The translations under genes and the position numbers were made by a program. A stretch of DNA of 64,000 nucleotides from the NCBI RefSeq assembly GCF_964355755.1, contig NC_092678.1:12274352-12338351 (forward strand), in the 5' to 3' direction. This DNA is from Antedon mediterranea (lineage: Eukaryota > Animalia > Echinodermata). Below, piece by piece: positions 52,571-64,000 of the stretch. The notes under the pieces were generated by a model. It was given only the letters and a program-made list of their open reading frames with translations. It was not told the origin of the DNA and did no database searches. How positions within the stretch are numbered: the first letter of the stretch is position 1; the number at the start of each line of letters is the position of its first letter.

Positions 52571-53289
52571 GGTCCTGGACCTCACCTGGAAGTATGGCCG
52601 GGATCTGATTCCGGAATAGTCTTGCTCCGCCAAGGAGCCCAGAAGTGTTTTTGTTGTCTTATTAATCAAATTAAAGAAGAGTACAGTTATTTTAGTTCAG
52701 TTAACAAAAGATTGTTTAGTTGCAATTTGCACCAGGCCCACGGCCGGGTGCTACGTTTCGGATCACCAGTTAGCGATTTATGGAACCCAGTCTCAGGGAC
52801 TGGGAAGCAACGCTGGCCAGGTGACCCCGAAAGACTACCTCTTTTTCAAAAACCGGGGGGAGTGTAGTATCGACCGTAAGGGGCATGGCCACTGAATGAA
52901 TTGCCCGAACCTACCAACCGTATGCGGGCACCTGGTTCTAGTACTCGTGACGTATGGACGTCTGGGCGTCATGCGCAGACGGTTGGAGCAGACGAGAAAT
53001 CGGGGCAGTTAGCCATGGAGTTTGCCGTGGCTAGACGGATATTATACGGCTATTAGCAGTAGAATATTGTTTACCATAGGATTATAATTCTTACATTGGA
53101 TTTGCCCCAAGTGTGAAGAAGTTCCCAGATAGGTGAGTAGATCTGGTCACTTTTATAAGCGGGGTGAATAAAATACTACCATCACGGACAGCGTCAAATG
53201 AAACTGAACTCACTGGGCCTAAAATATTGGAAATTGAGCCTAAGGATTACCAGAAATTTATCAATTTATAACTGGTGAGTTTATCTACA
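52571..53289 (+). mobile_element. 3' end of LTR retrotransposon: internal remnant, PPT and 3' LTR (52863-53289)
   Basis: GGGGGGAG polypurine tract abutting TGTAG; LTR ends CTACA; TATAA at 53154 and AATAAA at 53167; GC-rich relative to host. Confidence 0.65.
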
Positions 53290-53399
53290 GAACAATACAC
53301 TAGCGGTTTTGGATTTCTCTAATAATGTGAGATTTTAAAAGGCAAAATTTCTTTTTTTGCGCCAAACCATAATAATAGAGTTGCGGCATCACAATAGAG

Positions 53400-56300
53400 T
53401 TCGACATCAAAATAGAGTTACGTAATAGCCACAACGTACGTACGTTTGGTTTGTTTAAAAACTTTGGCGATGACAGTCAACGGAATTTTGACAGTTATTT
53501 GCATCTATTTGACGATCTTACGTTACACAATAAACGTAACGAATGGAATTACGAATGATATCCCAGGTCCAACTTTTGCTATATTGTTCAACAATGATAA
53601 GAAATGTGTGATATCCTATAATGAAGGTTCAGCTTTCCTTGCTATGGCACCATCAAAATTCCACCGACATAGGAACATTTCGAAAAACATAATTTTTCAG
53701 AACATTCATCATCTGTATGCTTCGATGAGGAGATGTTGAAGTTAATCCTGGACCAACTGGAAAGTCACGAGCTCGCACACCAAAATGCTCATGTCAAGGA
53801 TGTGGAAGAGGTGTCATTTCACGAAGTAAAGCAGTAGATTGTGGTGGCTGTGGAAAGTGGACACATATCAAATGTACACATGGATTCATATCGGACGAGA
53901 AATACAAACGGCTTGTAGATGGTCAACATTCGTTCTCGTATATCTGCGACGAATGTTCTATTGCAGCATTGCCTTTTGCAGCGGAAGATGTTCCAGACGA
54001 CACTCCATCAGATGATGTTGTAAATGACGGTAGCGCAGATTCCAACGATGAAATTAGCTCATTTTCAAAATGGAGGACTTTTAAAAAGAAAGTCCTACAT
54101 TTCATCCATGCAAATGTCAGATCTCTACCACCTAAAATCTCCGAAATACGAAAAATAATACATCAAACAAACGTTGCTGTGTTTTCTATAAGTGAATCCT
54201 GGCTTGACAATTCTGTTCCACACGACGAAATAAAAGTAGATAACTACATATTGCTAAGAAAGGACAGAGCTAGAGATGGTGGCGGAGTGTGTTTACGTGC
54301 GGAGTGATCTAGCATTCAACGAAAAACAAGATTTGCAAAATGATAACGAGGAAAGCATATGGTTGGAAATATTACTCCCAAAAACGAAACCTATTGTATT
54401 CGGGGTATGCTATCGTCCACCATGGGACAAAGATTTTTGAGAACAATTAGAGGTTCCCCTTTCTGAGATTAACATTAGTTCTGAAATAATTTTAATGGGA
54501 GATTTAAATATAGACTTTAAGAACAAGAAAACGTCTCTGTATAGAAAATTAAATAATGTTTTATCAATGTTTAATTGTAAACAAATTATAGATAAACCAA
54601 CACGAATTACGACTACAACTAGTACTATAATCGATCATGTTATATGTAACCAAATGTCAACCATCTCAGATCACGGTGTAATAGAAACATGGCTCAGTGA
54701 CCATTATATTGTATTTTGTACACGAAAAATTAACAGAGAGCCCTCAAATATGCATAACACGATTAAAATTAGATCGTTAAAAAATTACAATATAAACGAA
54801 TTCAAATCAAAACTGTTGACATTTATTGGTCAAACGTAACTTCTTCAATCGATGTTAATACTACTTGGACTGATTTTAAGGATACCTTGCTTAAAGTAAT
54901 AAACGATGTAGCCCCCACTTAAATAAGTACGAATCAAAGCAAGAAATGAACCGTGGATGAATAATTATATTGTAGAAAACATAAAAAATCCTTCTACATC
55001 AGAAATTTAAAACAGATAGATCGGAAATTACTTACCAGAGGTATTGTAAATTAAACTAAGGCAAAAGCCGAATACATCAATAAAAAAAAATATGGAAGCA
55101 TCTCAAATCATTAGGTTACGGTATTAAGTCTCTCACAATTGTCTTTAAGACAAACGATACCATATACTTTGATACATTAAGTGTTACCACAACTGTTTTA
55201 ATACATTTTTTACTACTGTTGCTGCTAAACTAGCTAGCAACTTGAAATCAGTTTGGTTTTGAATTGATTTGGTATTGAATCACATACGTTTAAGGAGTTT
55301 TACAGCAAAAAGGGAATCGCACATGGTGCATTCAAACTTAAGGAAGTAACTGAAGAATTTGTAAACAATGAGCTCAACAAACTTAATACTTCTAAAGGCA
55401 CATGATTGGATGGCATCATCCCTGCCAAATTTTTGAAAGATGGGGCCGATATCATACGAGCTCCTGCTACATTTATTATTAATTTATCTATATCAACTGG
55501 TATTTTACCTTATGAACTAAAGGAGGTCAGATGTTTCAAACTATAGGCCAATAAGTGTTCTTAATTTTTTTTCTAAGGTACTTGAGCTTTCAATATATAT
55601 TGTCAACTTGAGGATTATCTAAATGAAAATAATGTACTGTATCAATACTAGACTGGGTTCCGTAAAGGCTATTCAACAGATACAAGCTTAATTCATATGA
55701 CTGATTATTATAAGAAGGAAATTATCAAATGACTCTTTTGTATGTATGATTACTCTAGACTTACAAAAAGCATTCGATACAGTGGACCATGATATAATGT
55801 GTAGTAAATTAGAAGCTATGGAGGTGGAAAGTGTTAACTGGTTCCGATCATATTCAGGTAATAGACAGCAAGTAGTAAATATTAATAAAGTAATGTCAAC
55901 ACCTCGTCATTTACCATGAGGTGTGCCCCAGGGCAGTATACTAGGTCCTCTATTATTTATTTGCTATGTAAATGACATTTCGATTAGTTTAAGTTCCAAA
56001 CCATTTATGTACGGTGATGATACTGTTATAATTGTTGACGACAAAGATCTGAATACAATCTCCTTAATTTTAAGTAATGAATTACAATCTTGTAATCACT
56101 GGCTTATAGAGAACAAATTGTCGCTTCATTTAGGAACAAGGCCAACAGCCATTAAGTCGCGTGCTACAATGCATAGTGATACCGGACCGACAGACAGACC
56201 GACAGACCGACAGACCGACAGACAGACAGACAGAGAGACCGACCGACCGACATAGTGAACTATACTGACCGATATTACTGAACATGTTTAAAAATTTTGA

Positions 56301-58112
56301 AATGTTTAAAAACATTTATTTTTTTTTTATTTACACGTGCGTAGCCTGTCACTTTCGACGTGCTCGTATAACGTAATTTCGAGTTGAAAAGTAAGTCAAG
56401 AAAACAGAAATCGGGCAAAAAGAGTGCGCAATAACATTTAACGCGCAGTGCGCGCGCAAAAATATGCGCACTCATGGCAATTTTGTAAACGCTTAAAATT
56501 GCCTGAAATGTACTCTTATTTCATCGAAAATAAATTTTGAAAATGTTAAGCGCGCGTACGCATGCGTTACATGCGCTACGCATGTAATTGTATTGCCATA
56601 TGATGATTTATGCCCTGAAATTTATGAGTACCAAATTTTATTTAATTGTGATTCATGGTTGTGAAGATATGATTACAAACGTGATTTCGTTAAATCGTGC
56701 GTAGACCACGTAATTTTTTATTGCGCACCGTGAAAACATAACCACATTGATTCCTGTCCATAAGGAATATACTGTGAAAAATTGACTTAGATAGATTAAA
56801 CTGATATCAAGATAAGGTCAGAAAGCGATAAAACGCATAGTGATACCGGACCGACAGACAGACAGACAGACCGACAGACAGACCGACAGACAGACAGACA
56901 GACAGACCGACCGACCGACATAGTGAACTATAGAGTCGCTTCCACGCGACTAAAAACTGAAGCTATATTGTTTGGTACTAAAAATAAACTCAAAAGAGCT
57001 ACCGAATTAAGTGTTTTATGTAACGGAAAACAGATAAGAAATGTAGAATCAGTTAAATACTTGGGTGTTGAACTTGATAGAAAACTTTCAGAAGAATTAA
57101 TTGCAAAATCAATTGTTAAGAAAAGTGCAGATAGACAACGATTTATGTATAGACAGGCAAAAGCTGTAAACGTAAACTCAAAGAAAATACTTTGCTCTGC
57201 ATTAATCCAATGTCACTACGATTACGTTTGCTCATCATGGTATTCAGCTCTTCCAATTTACATAAAAAATAAATTACAGGTTATGCAAAATAAAGTAGTT
57301 CGTTTCATTAGCAATAAGGGACCACGCAGTCATGTTGGCCAGCGTGAATTAGATGAGCTTGGTATGTTAAACGTTGCAGATCGTGTTATTCAATTAAAAC
57401 TAAACCATGTATACAAAATATCAAAGTCTACCGGAGCAGAATATCTTTATCAGCATTTTATTAACATTTCGGAAATACATAACTACAATACTAGACAAAG
57501 TAAAATGAATTATGTTAAAACAAGAGTAACCAGCCAAAATTGTAATACATTTTATGTTATTGCTATACAAGAATGGAATAAACTACCAAATACTATTAAG
57601 TCTTCAACTAGTCTACATAAATTCAAGTTAAATTAGGCTACACTAATCTAAGCGACCAAATCTAGTTTGCATACTGGGGTTAAGTAAATTAGTATCGCTA
57701 TTTTAATATTTTACCGTAAATATTTTACATATTTTAAAGTATTTAACTCAACTATAAAGATTTTAAAGCTGAAGTAGTTTTTAAAATATCTTATGTTCTA
57801 ATGTTTCTGTTGATTTTAAATTGATTTTATTATAGGCCTATTTCTAGTTTTATAGTAATAGTGTATTTAAGTAAATTTTAAAAGTATTCATGTATTTATT
57901 TAAGGTAGTTTATTTTAATACATCATGTCTTAATGTATTTTAAATGTTATGGAGTGTACCGATAATTTTTTTGTCATAGGACCCCAACGGAAATAAACCG
58001 TAAGGTTTTATTGGGTCATCCTGAGCTTTGTTTTTTACTTTTAAGTTTATATTACAACCGTCCATTATTGTATTGTTAATTATGTGCTCGAATTAAAATT
58101 GAATTGAATTGA
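53400..58112 (+). mobile_element. Degenerate CR1/L2-group LINE with 2A-like motif, PHD finger, APE and RT
   Basis: GDVEVNPGP (53729-53755), CQGC...CGGCGKWTHIKC...CDEC, HANVRSL, SESWL, GDLN, SDHY, PQGSILGP, YGDD; many stops; (AATTG)n tail. Confidence 0.88.
56135..56951 (+). mobile_element. Helentron/DINE-1-like element inserted in LINE RT
   Basis: Splits LHLG|KTEAILFG at an A run; termini AACAAGGCCAACAGCCATTAAGTCGCGTG and GAGTCGCTTCCACGCGACT. Confidence 0.82.
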
Positions 58113-59159
58113 GTCTTTAGATTCTATACGCAACATGTAGTAAGGCCCAGACTACTGTCATAACCCATTCTCGGAGTCCTTTCCGCACCAGAAGCTTCAC
58201 ATGACTCCTCGCCGTACTGAGCACACCCAGACACATCCAACATCAGGCTACATTTACACGCATCTCAAACCGTAAAGTACCTCTACCACACACGCACCAG
58301 AAACTACAGGTACATGATTACCTCTACATCATCCTTACCTTGGCAGAACCTATCACCGTAGCAATCATCATATCAAACATTTCCCAAGATGTATTGCCAT
58401 GAGGAGAAGTAAAACATGTAGAATTTCTCCACCTTAAAACAATGAAGCTAGGGCTCTGTCTACACTATCTATTATACTATAAGTTTGACGAAAAAAGAGT
58501 TATGTGCCCAAATATGAAAGTGATATTCCCAAAATATGGTAGTCATATGACACATTTTTTGTCACAAAAAGTTTGGTTTACAAATGAAGAATCATTACGA
58601 ACACCTGCCATAAGTAGATACAATTTAGCGAGAGACCCATTGCATTTAGAAACGCGGAATATTAGCCATGCTGTAGATGTGGTAAAATAAATATTGTTTT
58701 TATTGTGTTTGGTAAACAAAAACAATAATGTCCCCGTCATAGAGGTAATCAACCATTTGGCACACTTAAATGTGTCCCCGTCTCCTTAATATATCCACTT
58801 GTTTCGTGGGAAAGTGTCCCCTGAATAGAGGAGGTGTCCTAAAGAACAAATTCTATTGTATGCGTTTTAGCTCTACATGCATAAATTCGAAAAAAAGTCA
58901 ACCCATCAACTCCTGCTCTTCACCAGGGATTAAGGAATAGAAGGATATGTATCAGTTTGAGATCATCAAAGCTTCCATGACTCTAACCGACAGAACACAG
59001 TTTAAATAACAATCGCAATAACGAAACGGTCACGTTCCTAATATATTTTATTTTACCGCACATGCGCAACAAACTTTAACCTCCTTGGCTATGCTTTCGC
59101 GCGCTCTTGGTGGCATGATTCATATTTCATATTTTTAGCGGAAGCTGCTATGGCGACGA

Positions 59160-60970
59160 AAAAAACTGAATGCGAACAAGCTATTAAAAAAATGAAGTTA
59201 AACAAGGCTCCGGGATGTGATGGATTGCGAGTGGAATTCTATAAATTATTTTGGAATGATATCAAACATATTGCTTGTAATGCCATAAACGAATGTTATA
59301 ATAAAAATGAAATGAGTCACACGCAGAAACGCAGAGTGACCAATTTACTTTATAAAAAAGGTGACAAACAATTCTAGAAAACTGGCGGCCTATAACTCTA
59401 TTAAACACTGATTATAAGATATTAACTCATATATTATGTACAAGATTAGAAAAGATTATTGCAAATATAATTGACAATGATCAAAAAGGATATATTAAAG
59501 GGCGTTTTGCGGGTGAAAATATCAGATTAATTAATGACATTCTATTTTATACCAAAGATGAAGATATTGATGGTGCAATGTTATCACTTGACTTTAGTAA
59601 AGCTTTTGATTCTGTGGATAGGGAATTCATGTTCAATGTATTAAAGAAGTTTAATTTTGGAGATTTTTTTCGTAACTGGGTATCAACAATTTATAATAAT
59701 ACCGAATGTGTAATTGTAAATAATGGATGGGTTTCAGAAAATTTTCAAATGAATAGTGGTATAAGACAGGGTTGTCCTTTGTCAGCGTTATTGTTTATTT
59801 TAACTGTAGAAATCATGGCCTGTAATATAAGAAATGATGTGAATTTTGTAGGCATATCTGTACCTGACCCGGTGCAAAATGAAGAAATACGTATCTCCCA
59901 ATTAGCGGACGACACAGTTATCTTTACTGGGAATGAGGATAGTATTGAGATAGGTTTATATATTGTTACCAACTAAAGTATCAGGTATGTGCTATAACAA
60001 AAGAAAAACAAATGCCATGTGGATTGGTAGAAATATAAACAAAACCGAAAAACCATGTAACTTAAATTGGGTTAAAAAAACAAATTAAAATTTTAGGAAT
60101 ATATGTAGGTTACAAAAAGGATGAATGTCAAGAACTAAACTGGGCTAATAAATTGTTGTTAAGTTTAGACAGACTACTCAAGACGTGGAAAGGTAGAAAC
60201 CTTACATATTTTGGAAAAGTTACAATTTTAAAGAGTCTTGGTCTATCTAAACTAATTTATAACGCCTCTATAATTGATGTACCAAAGTATGTTGTTTTAC
60301 AGGTGAATAAACTGACATACGATTTCCTATGGAAAGGAAAAGGGGAAAAAAATAAAAGAAAGACATTCATTGTCAAGCTAAAAGATGGAGGTATTAATAT
60401 GCCGGATTTTGCATTACAGGTCAAAGCGCTCAAGGTTGCATGGGCGAGAAAATTAATATGTAGAAAGCATGTGAGATGGAAGCTATTACCAACATATTAT
60501 ATAAATAAGTTTGGAAATGAAGGATTGATCTTTAGTATGTTAAATATTAACCTGGTAAATTGCATTACTTTGAAAAACATTCCTCCTTTTTATTTAAAAG
60601 TGATACAATGTTGTACTGAATTTAACGAAAACTGTTACCATGAAATTAATACTTATGAAGAAGTTGTTAATCAAAGTTTGTGGGGAAACAAATATATTGT
60701 GTGCAAAAAAGGTCTTTGTTTTATAATAATAATAATAATAAACAGTATTTATATAGTGCCTAATGGATCACTGACCCCTCTAGGTGCTTTACATAGGACC
60801 TTAACTAATATACAAATTGGTTTGATTCAGGATTTAAAAAAAATATTTGATATAATTAATTTTAACCGTTTGAAATTGTATTTTTTTTAACGTTATTTTA
60901 TATCTTTGTATATAATGTCTATGATATGTATATAAATGGGTATGAATTAACAGGGTATGAAACAATACGG

Positions 60971-61002
<32 letters not shown>

Positions 61003-61281
61003 ATGTATTTGTGGGTGTCTGTGTACAATATGAATAAATATAAGAAAACCATAAAAACAGGAGGATAATATTGGAAACAATATGTGAAAAACTAAAATTT
61101 ACAAAAATTACTGATAAATGTTTGTTTTTGATTTTGAGCAGAAAAATATAGAATATTAACGGAAAACAATATAATAAAAGAAAGAACATATGAAGACAGA
61201 TATTACTGATTTATTTTTAATGTATTTAATTATGATATGAAAGAATAAAGGTGGTGGTTCACGCCACAAAAGAAAAAAAAA
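59160..61281 (+). mobile_element. 5'-truncated L1/Tx1-clade LINE (RT pseudogene)
   Basis: KAPGCDGLRVEFYKLFW, NWRPITLLNTDYKI, LDFSKAFDSVDR, GIRQGCPLS, QLADD, GGINMPD; poly(A) tail at 61267-61281. Confidence 0.88.
60722..60815 (-). mobile_element. L2-type SINE/LINE 3' tail fragment
   Basis: Minus strand TGTAAAGCACCTAGAG...AGGCACTATATAAATA then (TTA)n. Confidence 0.55.
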
Positions 61282-62352
61282 TCTTGTTTTCAATTAATCA
61301 TCGATGCAGACATGTCAATAGAAAAACCAGACTTGGCATACATTTCTACATATGGCTACGTTTTTCGCTCAAAACAATGTGACAGTTGCTTCGCAGCGTC
61401 CTATAGAGGGCTGTGGTCAGAGACTACGGAGTTCAAATAGCGTGTTTGTTTGATTGGCAGCAGTGCTTTAGTATAGGCAAGCGTGTTAGAAAATCGTTTG
61501 ATGTCACCGTCGATGCGTTTCCCTCTATTCCTTAATCCATGTATTTACTACTATTAATTGTATTGACCATGGATACACTTTAAATGTATAGGCCTCAAGT
61601 TTATTACATTAGTATTACGAACTAGTGGAAATAACACATTTAATTTATTTTATGGTAAACAATTACAAATCAAATTCGCTTTCTTGGACCCAATCTTCTT
61701 TCCTTTATGTTTATAATGGGCCAGATCGTCTAATTATGTTGGGCCCAAACGTTCACAAAGTTGGGCCCGATCGTCTTGGAATAAGTCCGATCGTCTGTCC
61801 CCGAATGTCCATCAATCCTCTAGGCCCTATTATAACAAGTAACCACAAAAATAAAGTCCGATCCAATCGCTCCCTTTCTTTCCTTGATCTCAACAATCAC
61901 GTTATGATGAATTGTAACGACATTTGGAATTAAAAAAAATGTGTTAAATAATATGATTTTTTTGCGCCACAGAAGAGAGGCAAAAAAGCTTTATTATTGT
62001 AAATAGTTTGTTTTGGCTTATAATAGAGAACGCAGCATCATAAGTTTACCGATCTTCAGATGAAATAACAACAATCCAGCTTTGATCCCATATGCTTTGC
62101 CAATTCAAAAAGTTTAAAAATCACATGAGCAAATATTTAGGCCTACGTATTTGTTTTTAATACCTTTTTAAAAATATAATTTATAATTTGTTTTATTCAA
62201 TCTTAGATGACGAAGTTTATTAATTTCATAAGAGAAAAAGTATTGATTTGGAATATTTTATGCCTATCCTAAACTCATGTTTCACTTTTTAATAAGCACT
62301 AAGCAAATTTATTGATTCAAGCCATGTACCCTATCTTTCCATTTTAACATAA

Positions 62353-62950
62353 AGCTCTGCCTACACTATAAACTTAATATGACAACAAATGTGATGTGCC
62401 GTAGATGGAAAACATGTACAACATTTTCGATTTTTTTTATCACGTGATGGAATTCAGGCATATTATATAATTATATATTCATTTTTCAGCATCTTTCTTC
62501 AAAATTATTAGAAAATATTTTTAGTCTTTTCTCATTTCAACACTAAAGCTTTAAAAATGTTAAATTTGGTAGCCAAGCATCATAACCACCAAGCCACAGC
62601 TCCACTCCTATAGCGTTAATTCACCTCATAATTGATACATGTTAATATTTTTTCTTATAAAGAAGTATTTTGGTTAATAACAATTAAATGGTAAATTCGG
62701 TTGGTTTTGCTCCGATGAGTTTATAAAAAAGGATTTGTAATAATCTACCAAGCGTATTTGCATTTTATTTCAATCGCCATGAACTGCAACTAACGTGTTT
62801 GTTTACATTTGACGTAAATACAACTCGTTTGCTGTCTCAATTGTGAGTATGCTTCCTCCATTTTGTATTATATTGTATTGTATCTTTGTAATATATTTAT
62901 CATATTTGGGCATATCACCCTCTTTTTGACAAACTAGTTTGATAGTGTAG
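62353..62950. mobile_element. MITE family member (other fragments ~7655-7800 and ~58450-58575)
   Basis: Shared GCTCTG(T/C)CTACACTAT...GTGATGTGCC end and its inverted counterpart GGGCATATCAC...GATAGTGTAG. Confidence 0.5.
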
Positions 62951-64000
62951 TGTTAAGAGCAATAATATCGTGACAATACAACGATGTTGTGTTCTTTTTT
63001 CATTACGTCATTTTATTTGATTTTATTTGATATTATTGTTATAGAAATAAACAGACATAAATGGATACAATTCTAGAATGAAATAAATTTCACTTGTTTT
63101 ATTCAACAAGAAAACGAATGTTTATTTATTTGAGATTGTTACCAACCTAGTGTGTAGCAGCTTTATAGTATTTCATGCTCATCAGATGAAAAAGGAAACT
63201 TCAAACTAGTAACATATTCATAAGTAAATTAAGTAATTTATGACCTTATTGAAGTGTTACAATATCCAATACAAATACAATGTTTGATAAGTAAAACTTG
63301 GTAGCCGTTCACCCTGCTTAGTGACCAACAGTACTACAAAAACAACATGATACATTGACCAGTTAATAAAGCAATGTATTTTGTCACATTCTCGACGCTA
63401 CACAGGGCAAGCGAACAAAAGTTTAAGGCGGTTAATAATGCTAGTAAACAACGACAGTAGTATATTTTGTGATTATATTTTGTCAAGTGTAGAACTAACA
63501 TGACTTATTCAACAATTTTTTCCTATTGTATGCTCTATAATGATTTTAAGGCAATGTCTAACATCTGCCAACAACCTACATCATAAATTTAAACCGACCC
63601 AAAATAATGTAAATATGTATCACATCACAATCCAAGATACAACAGGAGACTTCTACATTGACAATCTACACTGTTTTTTCCTTTTGTACTTCTTTGACGA
63701 AAAAAATGAAATGATAAATTTACAGCAAATATTTGGTAATATTATGCCATGCTCTTTGGACTCTATATCCAAAAACGAATTACAGGCTGTTTAATAATAT
63801 AACATGGATAGCATGCAGATAGCTAAAATAGGCATAAAGATTAATTGTAGGCCTATTTATTCTCATATTCTGTATTTTACAGTTGTTTTTTAAAATTTTC
63901 TTTCATAAGGTAATGATGTTCTTTCATATTTAAATAATGAGTTTGTCAAAAATGTTAAGCATTTTTGCATTTCTGCTATATTCTACAACAATTTTGCTAA

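Larger units (their letters stand above)
58924..61541. mobile_element. TIR element (CAnGG termini) enclosing the Tx1 fragment
   Basis: CAGGGATTAAGGAATAGAAGG vs CCCTCTATTCCTTAATCCATG inverted pair (19/21); no TSD recognised. Confidence 0.5.

Overview
AT-rich, intron-rich animal genomic DNA (a marine invertebrate is suggested by the repeat content; the taxon cannot be fixed from sequence alone). Two convergent spliced genes were reconstructed by eye from GT-AG boundaries and reading-frame phase. (1) The 3' half of a divergent plexin on + (<1-16123: IPT, TM, split GAP, RBD), in which all three conserved GAP arginines are replaced. (2) A secreted multidomain protein on - (45532 to 17817: signal peptide, F5/8-type-C discoidin, uncharacterised beta-rich region, C-type lectin-like domain, Cys-rich module, Asp-box C-terminus). 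Most of the rest is nested mobile DNA: non-autonomous Helitrons (one head-to-tail dimer), Helentron/DINE-1-like elements, five CR1/L2-group LINEs (RRM-type ORF1, SGNH-esterase ORF1, 2A-PHD-APE-RT, and two 3' fragments), an L1/Tx1 LINE, a palindromic Academ-type transposon, Penelope-like fragments carrying minimal hammerhead ribozymes, tRNA- and 5S-derived SINEs, and LTR remnants. All family assignments come from motif recognition, not database searches.
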